Source of the DNA: Naegleria gruberi
Taxonomy: Eukaryota
Direction: 5' to 3' (one strand)
DNA: 64,000 nt
Assembly (NCBI GenBank): GCA_000004985.1
Contig: GG738873.1
Both the position numbers and the translations under genes were made by a program. Position 1 is the stretch's first letter; every line of letters begins with the position of its first letter. Positions 56,401-64,000 of this stretch are shown piece by piece. The notes under the pieces were generated by a model. That model was given only the letters and a program-made list of their open reading frames with translations, was not told where the DNA came from and did not search any database.

Positions 56401-57231
56401 GATTATTCACATGTTTGAATCTTTGGCTAACTTGATGGATTCTTACATCTTTAATCAATTTATTACTTTTATCAGTTCTGAGAAGGAAAAGACAAGAAAT
56501 GCCAATCAATTAAGAGATTCCACTATGAATCATGCCATTCATCTCAAGATGTCTGTTTCATTCTTGGAAAGTTTCTTCTTTGAGGAGCATTTGACAGCTG
56601 GTCTTGATATTCAAAATCTTTTCCATCAAACAAGAGTATGTATTTATTTCAATATCATTATTTACAATTAATTCCAAAAAATTAATAGGAAGCTGCTGAT
56701 GTTTGTGTACTAGGTCAAAAAGATTTACTTCAAAAAGGAAATGATTTACGTGAAATTGTCTGTCCTCATTTGGTTACTTCACAAATCTCTGTCTTGCTAT
56801 TGGAAAGTACAACTAGTGCTCAAAACTTGGTTGTTCCAACTCTGGCACCATGTGGATTTACTGACCCAACTACTTTTGCTAAACAAACATCACCACTCTT
56901 TGATTTTGAATCCAAATTTATGACAATTCAATCCTTACAAACAGTTCAATATCCATCCATTTTTGATAAGAACAGACAAGAGTATCCATTCCTGTATCAT
57001 TTGGCAAGGAAGAGTTCAACATCTTCTTCGACAGCAACAGAAGAAGAGGACGATGTCAGTAATTCGTCATGGACTTCTCCATCCAAACAAAACATTCTCT
57101 CCAGCAGCAGTTCAGCAACATCATCCACCAACTCATCTCCTTCCTCTTCTACAAGTCAACAAGAAAAGAGAAGAGGTCAAAGAATGGAAAGATATCAGAA
57201 ATTAGATATGAATAATGGACTTTTCGAATAA
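53434..57231 (+). CDS. Calponin-homology domain + long coiled-coil + C-terminal DIL (dilute) domain protein; 4 exons: 53434-53596, 53749-53857, 53938-56635, 56689-57231
   Basis: Exons 1-3 give a CH domain ([44 protein letters not shown]|[36 protein letters not shown]|[18 protein letters not shown]). About 500 aa of heptad-rich E/K/L/Q sequence follows. The DIL-like region (..[18 protein letters not shown]...[29 protein letters not shown]|[40 protein letters not shown]) spans the last intron. Introns are 152, 80 and 53 nt. Confidence 0.6.
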
Positions 57232-57325
57232 ATTTGATGTTAACATAAATCTCAGGTTCTACTATTAAATCCTAATTTAAATATTAATCGAGTGGAATGA
57301 TTATTTACAAGTATTTGAAAATGAT

Positions 57326-58110
57326 TTATTCTTCTTTCTTTTCTTCTTCCTTCTTTTCCTCCTTCTTTGGATAGGCCTTTTGGGCTTCTTCGAACTTGGT
57401 CTTGAATTCTTGAGCAACTAGAGGAATTGTTAATAAAACAATTTAAACATGAGAGAAACTTACTTTCACTAGTTTGGAAACGAATGGCAAAAGTTTCAAC
57501 CTTTTGTTCGTTATCGGCAAAATCAGCTGGGGAAGTATAAACCCAAGCCTTGTCGCTACCAACATTAGGAGACAACTTGATTTCTGGGAAGATCGTATGG
57601 TTAGCACAGATAGTCATGATCTTGTCTCTTCTCATCAAAGCTCTGACTCTCTTGTCAACCTTGTGTTGGAGGAATCTCATTTGACCAACACCACGTTCCT
57701 TCCATTCGTTGGCTTCACTGTCGAATCTGTAAAGCTTAGCACGACTAGTAAATTTCAAATCCAAAATTTAATTTGTTGTTGTGTGATGAATAACAAAATA
57801 TTAATAATGTGATCATATTGTTCAGGTTATTGTTGTTGTATAATAGTAATAATATAAATAAAAAGTAATCGTATAATATTATTATTATTAAATTTGTTAT
57901 TCCGTATAATTCATCATCCACACGATTAGCACACACAAAGGCTTCAAAAAAAACTTACACATTATAAATTTCTTCTTCATCATCATTCTTTACGGAGACA
58001 TCAACAGTTGGGAGGGCATCCTTGTCAACCAAAGGAGTGAAATGAGCCTTGCATTCTTCTTCCTTGGCGAATTCAGTAGTTTCTTGTGAGTTATCTTCAG
58101 TATCAGACAT
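57326..58110 (-). CDS. Ran-binding protein 1 (RanBD); 3 exons: 58110-57959, 57744-57464, 57417-57326
   Basis: Exon 1 reads MSDTEDNSQETTEFAKEEECKAHFTPLVDKDALPTVDVSVKNDDEEEIYN. Exon 2 reads VRAKLYRFDSEANEWKERGVGQMRFLQHK..IMTICANH..GSDKAWVYTSPADFADNE..FAIRFQTSE. Exon 3 reads IAQEFKTKFEEAQKAYPKKEEKKEEEKKEE. This follows the RanBP1 consensus (HFEPIV..RAKLFRF..KEWKERGTG..LAIRF.N.ENAQKFK.KFEE). Introns are 214 and 46 nt and are phase-consistent. Confidence 0.8.
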
Positions 58111-58334
58111 GGTGGTGTTGGAATATTTTTTAAAATGCTGCAAAAATATTTCGTGTTCCTTCAAAATTAAAAAGGAGGGAAAATTTTATTGCTTGTTCCC
58201 TGCAAGAGAATTCCGAGCAAAGGTTGAAATTTTTAATTTTTCAATATGAACAATAAGGAAATTTATTAAGAATGATGAAAATTATGTTATTGAATAATAA
58301 GAGATGGAATAATATTTAGTTAATTTTAATAATC

Positions 58335-59270
58335 ATGATGAAGAATTTAATATTTAAAAAAATGATCAAAAACAAAACATCACAAAGATTGCTGTCGGAA
58401 ACTCTTCATGATAATCAAAGTTTGCAACAGACAAGAGATGAGGAAAGGAATGAAATATTATTAAAATCACATGAGGATTTCCTATCGGAAATGAAGGTAA
58501 ATCAAGGATTGGGAGTATTCGATTTTTGGCAAACTTGTTTGGAATGTGTTGCCATTGCTTTACAATTTACTTGTTGTTGTTTATTTTGTATTATATTCTA
58601 TATAATTTATAATATCGAGCCGTATGGAAATTATCAGGATTTGGAAATGACTTTGTTGATTGCTAATTTCATATTAATTTTACCTTTTCTCTATATTCAT
58701 CATTCAAGGAAGAATCAGAATGGCAGTAGAAATTCATCATCATCGTCATCATTTGTTTATTCGATATTTAATTGGATCATTGTAGTGTTGATCTTGTTGG
58801 GTGCAGCACCCATTTTGAGAACACTCACTCTCCTCTATTCACAAGATACCATTATTGCATTGGTTTTCTTTTCATTCCTTATTCACTTATTTACTCATGA
58901 TTATTACTTTGTGAATGGAAAATCGAAAAAGTATAATTGTTACTTGTCGCTGAATTGTGTGATTTTTGTGAGTGCATTGTTGGCTTCTCGATTGAAATAT
59001 TCATTGGATGCCTTTGTAATTTTAATCATTGCCATTCAAATATTTCTATTATTTCCATTCTTGAGATTTGAATTGAGAAAGGAGGGAAGAAATTTCGCAT
59101 ACGTTTCAATTTTTATTGTAATTGTTGCAGTGACAGGAGTTTGCCTCTTTTACTTTGTTCAATCCATTTTCCTCTTCTTTACCTTTATCCTAATCAATAC
59201 CATGTTGGTTTTCATAATGCCTTACCTGTTTGTTCTCTCTCAAACCAATTACAAAAGGTATGTTACATAG
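58335..59270 (+). CDS. Multi-pass membrane protein, hypothetical
   Basis: 311-aa ORF with about 8 hydrophobic helices. A phase-consistent 56-nt intron (GTATGT..ATTAG at ~59257-59312) would add 44 aa (VISGPWDEAVVAPQEYEKLEQYL..REGSE) and move the stop to 59440; this is uncertain. A PIG-C/GPI2-like topology is possible but not verified. Confidence 0.4.
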   Translation: MMKNLIFKKMIKNKTSQRLLSETLHDNQSLQQTRDEERNEILLKSHEDFLSEMKVNQGLGVFDFWQTCLECVAIALQFTCCCLFCIIFYIIYNIEPYGNYQDLEMTLLIANFILILPFLYIHHSRKNQNGSRNSSSSSSFVYSIFNWIIVVLILLGAAPILRTLTLLYSQDTIIALVFFSFLIHLFTHDYYFVNGKSKKYNCYLSLNCVIFVSALLASRLKYSLDAFVILIIAIQIFLLFPFLRFELRKEGRNFAYVSIFIVIVAVTGVCLFYFVQSIFLFFTFILINTMLVFIMPYLFVLSQTNYKRYVT

Positions 59271-59495
59271 TATTCCAATTTTTCACATTCGAAATTTCTT
59301 AAAATCATATTAGAGTTATATCTGGACCTTGGGATGAAGCTGTTGTAGCACCTCAAGAATATGAAAAATTAGAACAATACCTTTCCACAATTACTCCAGT
59401 CAATATTCAAGACTTACCTCAGAGAGAAGGCTCTGAATAATTTGCAAAGCCTTTTTATGATTAATTTCACAAGGCTTTTTTTCATTTACAAAAAA

Positions 59496-61028
59496 ATGTC
59501 TTTAAATCATCAACAGCATTATCGGAAAGGAGAAATCATCACTAACAAGAAACAACAGAATAATAGTAGTACTAATTCATCAGTCTCTTCTCGGAAGAAG
59601 AGAAACAAATTATTAAAGAATTTATATTATCGATCAATAGATGGAAAATTCCAGGCTAGATGCAGTCCCTACAATGTAGGAAAGTCAGTCATGCAAGTAC
59701 CTATTAAATTGTTGGAAGATGAGGAGAAGATTCTGAGGAGGAGTGTTTCTCTTGGATTCACGAGGAATGGTAATCATTTGGTTGCCTATAGATTGGAGGA
59801 TGATATTTATGATCAGGAAGATGATATGATTGAAGAGGCTAACAAGCTGCTCTATTTGGTATTCTTTAAATTCGAGGTTGGAAGTTGTTTGGCTATTGAT
59901 AGCTGTTTCCAGATTGTCACAAACAATGTGAAAGATCTACTTTTTCCTCGATATGAAGGTAATGCTAATGAAGTAACAGTTAAAGTTGATAGCATGGGTC
60001 AGTTACTGTCAAATCCAGGAAAGAGAAGAATTGTAAATAATAGATCAGTTTCATTGGATGATTTTATTCCAAAATTTATTGTTCATGATGTACATTTTCA
60101 TTTCACAGAGACGATTGGTGAGGATGTTTTTCTGGTCTACCAGTATGCTAAAATGACTGCTGAAAAAGTTTATTTCATGTCAATAATGCCAAATGTATTG
60201 AATGTGAGAAGAGGAAATATCTACTCCTTGGCTATACGGTACAATGCCTCTACCGATGTGAATATCAGCATTTTCAACGCAAACTTGAATTTGGCATCTC
60301 TAGAAAATAACAGGCACTTGATATCTATTCTCACTCCAACAACTGTGGAATTATTTATTTTCGAGAGTATGATAATTGAGGAAAAGTATGAAGTGTTGGA
60401 CCCTTTTGAGATGAGTAATAATAATGAGGATGAATTTGGATCAATTCGCAAAGGACTCAGTGAAACTATTTCACTTAGTTATATACCAATTATCAAGAGA
60501 AGTGACGACTTGAGGACGACTTTTATCAGGACTAGCAACTTTTACCATCTCAACATTGAGGAATTTCTCTCATGTCAAATAGATCGAGATCAACGAATTA
60601 ATGACTATAGCTTTAAGGTAATCAAATGTGAGGATGTATCAGGGAAAGTATTCCTCCTTATAGCAGCCGACATTGCCAGATATCAACACATGCAAAGGAT
60701 GATCTATCATTGTATCATTGAGCCTGTTGACACTACCAACAACCAAAGACCATCCCTTAAAATCATCAACAAGCAATGTGTCATCGTTGCCACCAATTCG
60801 CCCATTCACCAACTCGTTCAAAATCTGTGTTTCATCTATTTGAAAAAAGAAATTCCCAAAGCTCACATCTACTCTTGCTTTAACAATGAGAATCTATTCA
60901 CAACAGGAACATCCACTTCCATTCTTTGTAATCCGCTTCTTCCCATCTGCCTCACCAACACTTCTTTTACCTCAACAAGTAGTAACAATCCACCAATCAA
61001 CAACATTCACAGAATTTCATCTCAATAA
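59496..61028 (+). CDS. Hypothetical protein
   Basis: Probable start at the A-run-preceded ATG 59496 (MSLNHQQHY) within track ORF 59442..61028. No domain recognised. Confidence 0.45.
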   Translation: MSLNHQQHYRKGEIITNKKQQNNSSTNSSVSSRKKRNKLLKNLYYRSIDGKFQARCSPYNVGKSVMQVPIKLLEDEEKILRRSVSLGFTRNGNHLVAYRLEDDIYDQEDDMIEEANKLLYLVFFKFEVGSCLAIDSCFQIVTNNVKDLLFPRYEGNANEVTVKVDSMGQLLSNPGKRRIVNNRSVSLDDFIPKFIVHDVHFHFTETIGEDVFLVYQYAKMTAEKVYFMSIMPNVLNVRRGNIYSLAIRYNASTDVNISIFNANLNLASLENNRHLISILTPTTVELFIFESMIIEEKYEVLDPFEMSNNNEDEFGSIRKGLSETISLSYIPIIKRSDDLRTTFIRTSNFYHLNIEEFLSCQIDRDQRINDYSFKVIKCEDVSGKVFLLIAADIARYQHMQRMIYHCIIEPVDTTNNQRPSLKIINKQCVIVATNSPIHQLVQNLCFIYLKKEIPKAHIYSCFNNENLFTTGTSTSILCNPLLPICLTNTSFTSTSSNNPPINNIHRISSQ

Positions 61029-61139
61029 TTTTGATTGGCATTCGCTTATCCAATTTGACCTCAAAATGTCAATAAATAGAACCAACAATGTATTGTAAAT
61101 GGATTGGATGTTAACTCTTCCAATCAATAACAGAAAAAA

Positions 61140-62625
61140 ATGCTACAACACAAGTTCATCCAATCTTCCAAGAATTTGATCAGCAACAATCGTTCCCCAT
61201 CACTGTTGCTCTTCGGAAAGAATATTGCTTTCAAGAAGGATCAATACAATTTGATTGATCAAAGCAGAGGATTTCAATCATGTTTGTATCGTTCTAATGG
61301 TGTTTCTCCACTTCCAACAGCTGTTGCACCAACAACCTCTTCACCAACAACAACAAATCCTCCGGCTATTGCTAATGCTATTAGTACTGCAACACCAACA
61401 GCACCAGTTACTGTTGTGCAGACATCAGTGGTCGATGGAGTTGTTTCATCTACAACTACATCATCATCAGTGATCTCTTCAAGTAATTCACAACCTAATG
61501 CTGCCACTATTGTAATTATTCAACAACAACCAGCAACATCAACAACAAATGGAACAAGTGATGGTGTTACATCTGTATCATCCGATCAATCACAAGGAGT
61601 TCTTCCTTCCACCAGTACCAGTCAACAGCAAACAATTATTCAAATTGATACTCAAGTATTTTCAAAGCAAATTGAACAAGCTGTCAAACAACAAATGAAA
61701 CAAAGTCTTTCTAAACATGCTTATGAACCTACTGGAGAGGAAAGTTTTGAAATTATGGAACATTTGGAAAGAGAAAGATTGTATGAAGAAAGTAAAGGAA
61801 AAGGATTGATTTATCAATTTAGAAGATTTATGAAAAAGAAGACGTCCTTATTGACAAATTTATTGGCAATTGGTAAAATTTTACCAGCAAATGCCATCAT
61901 GTCTCTCTTCTTTTCATTCCACAAAATGGAACAAAATTATAAGGAAAGAATTTTTGCTCAAAGAATTACAGCAAGTTTGAATTTCATTGACAAGAAGTCA
62001 AACACCTTCAAAATTAGAAATATCTTCTGTAAAAACTTGGATGAAGTTGTGTTAAATAATCAAGCAGTAGTTCAGGTCATCCAAGAAGCAGCTTCCAAAA
62101 CCAATAAGGAAGCACCAATTGTAATTTTACCCGATGAAGGTAAGCATTCATAATTATTAGAAATAATTCATTAATATTATCGAAATGCATGTGAAATTAT
62201 TTAAAAATCAGATAAGTGGTTTATTTTGAACCTTGTACAATCATGTATTTCACAAAATGTTGCTTCTGGATATTTCAGACAAGATATGATGCTCAAACAT
62301 CACAGTGAATGGTACGTTTAGTTTCATTTTGTCTAACAGTATTAATTTTCTCATTCCTTTCAGGTATGTTTTTGCCATCACCAATGAGACAGATGTGAGC
62401 ATTAAAAAGATGAGAGTTGTCATTGCGCAAGAGAAACTCTTAAAATCAATTCATGATGGAACTGTAAATCAACCAGAATTTGGTATGTACTCAATTCATA
62501 ATAATGGAATCATATTTAAACTTCTCAATATAGAACATGTTTATGGTGAAATTAGATGGAATACTGTGAAATTAATGTCAAAAATGTATCATGAACAGTA
62601 TGACTCGATTATGGAAAGTAAGTAG
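61140..62625 (+). CDS. Hypothetical Ser/Thr/Gln-rich protein; predicted 4 exons: 61140-62139, 62212-62311, 62364-62482, 62534-62625
   Basis: Long exon 1 (track ORF 61140..62153) is followed by three small exons joined in phase through introns of 72, 52 and 51 nt (GTAAGC/GTACGT/GTATGT..AG). This links ..ILPDE|DKWFILNLVQSCISQNVASGYFRQDMMLKHHSEW|YVFAITNETDVSIKKMRVVIAQEKLLKSIHDGTVNQPEF|EHVYGEIRWNTVKLMSKMYHEQYDSIMESK*. The splice model is inferred. Confidence 0.4.
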
Positions 62626-63083
62626 ATTCAAATTTCACAAATAGTGACATGACACTCTATTCACACAACAAATTATTTTACAATACTCTTGAATATGAAA
62701 CTTTGTGTGTTTCAAACAAAGTCTTTTGTATTAATTTGCTTGTCGTAAATTTTGCTTTCCATTGCTGGAAGATGTCTCTTCGGGGGTTTGGTTGTCAAAT
62801 TAAACATGACACGAGACAATGAAAAGTGTGCACGCAAAGGCGCAAATATGATGTGGAAAATTCTTTTGAAAGACGTTAAAATGGTCCAAGCACTTATTCG
62901 AAACCCTTACTACTGGTTAAGGAGGCAATGAATTGTCAGCTTGTCAAACCGTTTGGTAAGGTTTGGCTTTTGCGTGATGGATCGTTTTGCATATTATGCG
63001 AATAACCATTCAAAAAAGAAAATCTCAAACACTTCCACTCAAGGTTTTTATTCGAAACTAAACTTCTACCGACTCGACACAAT

Positions 63084-63740
63084 ATGAAGAGAAACAAGGA
63101 ATTTTTTCAAACTCTCACCAACGACTTTCTTTCACCTGGCACATCTTCGGCAGCCAGCAAGACGAAACCTAAAAACTCTATCGAAAAGCAAATCTTTACT
63201 TTCGAATTGAATAATAACAATACCAGTATTTCGAATAGTATCGAACATGTTGATTGTACAACAATGGTCGATAGACTCTCCATGCCATCATCTCCTTCCA
63301 ACTCTAGCTCTTCATCATCCTCACCTAACTTTAAAAGCTATTCGAAACTTAACAAGCCAAAATTAACACATTGTCTTTCTAACTCACCACTCTTACAATC
63401 TCCACAATCACCAACTGTGAAATCTCCTGCTTCTACAAATAGCCCTTCGAATAACAGCAATTCTTCCAGTGATTGGAAGTGGAAATCAGAAGATGGTATT
63501 CGAAAGAAGAAGAAATCAAGAAAAGATTCATGGGTGCAAATGGCATCTCGAGTGATTGTTCACCAAGAAGAAAACAAATCAACAACATGTTGTTTAAATA
63601 ATGTACATAAGAAAATGGAAACCTCACCCCTCTCTAATTATATAACAAATGACATGTCAATTGAACCACCAACTATTGTGATAACAAAACCAAATAGAAT
63701 TGTAAGAACATCAATAAAAATATCAGAACTGTTGAATTAA
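63084..63740 (+). CDS. Hypothetical Ser-rich protein
   Basis: Complete 218-aa ORF with poly-S/N tracts and a basic KKKKSRK patch. No domain recognised. Confidence 0.4.
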   Translation: MKRNKEFFQTLTNDFLSPGTSSAASKTKPKNSIEKQIFTFELNNNNTSISNSIEHVDCTTMVDRLSMPSSPSNSSSSSSSPNFKSYSKLNKPKLTHCLSNSPLLQSPQSPTVKSPASTNSPSNNSNSSSDWKWKSEDGIRKKKKSRKDSWVQMASRVIVHQEENKSTTCCLNNVHKKMETSPLSNYITNDMSIEPPTIVITKPNRIVRTSIKISELLN

Positions 63741-64000
63741 AGGTTAAAAACTTTGAATTATTATGAAATTACACAATGTACTTATATTGTATGTCAATTC
63801 TCGAACTTTTAAAACTAATTCGAGCTTATTCTCAAGTATTAATCAAAGAACATAATAGAAATGATCTTTGTTTTCCTTAGACATTTAATGACAAATATTG
63901 TAAAAAACAGAGATGGGGCAAGAATCTGGTTTTTTATTAACGGATTATTAAAAGTACTTTAGACTCTATTTACAACAAGATTCCAAACAATGCCAAAACA

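Noticed and set aside
62760-63000. Identification of the GC-rich island as U1/U2/U5/U6 snRNA
   Set aside because: I compared it by eye with the conserved snRNA cores (U2 GUAGUA branch-site region, U6 ACAGAGA/AGC, U5 loop 1, U1 ACUUACCUG). Nothing matched beyond short stretches, so it is reported only as an unclassified candidate ncRNA.
1-64000. Transposons or retroelements (LTRs, TIRs, RT/integrase/transposase ORFs)
   Set aside because: No long terminal or inverted repeats were seen, and no ORF shows reverse-transcriptase, RNase H, integrase or DDE motifs. The only large duplication is the gene-level tandem at 45.8-48.3 kb.

Overview
This window is AT-rich, gene-dense eukaryotic nuclear DNA using the standard genetic code. 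Introns are spliceosomal GT..AG, mostly opening with GTAAGT or GTAGGT, and many are only 36-50 nt long. Start codons are preceded by A-runs, and coding regions carry poly-N/S/T tracts and tenascin-type EGF modules. This style fits an amoebozoan, dictyostelid-like genome, which is an inference and was not computed. I can support about 35 protein-coding genes, most of them spliced, plus one intron-containing tRNA-Leu(AAG). I found no rRNA, no CRISPR array and no recognisable transposon. Clearly identifiable products are: a P4-type phospholipid flippase, a secreted GH19 lysozyme/chitinase-like enzyme, a short-chain dehydrogenase, a purple acid phosphatase, a 14-3-3 protein, RanBP1, a protein with two BTB/T1 domains, a Cbl-type TKB (4H/EF-hand/SH2) protein with no RING, a CH + coiled-coil + DIL protein, a Kelch-like protein, and several very large EGF-repeat surface glycoproteins. 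The most unusual items are these: (1) a surface receptor that fuses EGF repeats, a GPS autoproteolysis motif, a 7TM domain and a C-terminal RGS domain; (2) a tandemly duplicated pair of secreted bacterial-type periplasmic solute-binding (PBP-II / SBP_bac_3-like) proteins; (3) a 33-bp tandem repeat encoding a small protein built from an 11-residue K-I-Q-I-V-E-D-W-P-D-F repeat, sitting beside a decayed protein-kinase fragment; (4) a dense cluster of ATGCAT-core motifs in one promoter region; (5) a GC-richer island with terminal inverted complementarity that may be a structured ncRNA. All domain calls come from reading the translations by eye; no database search was run.
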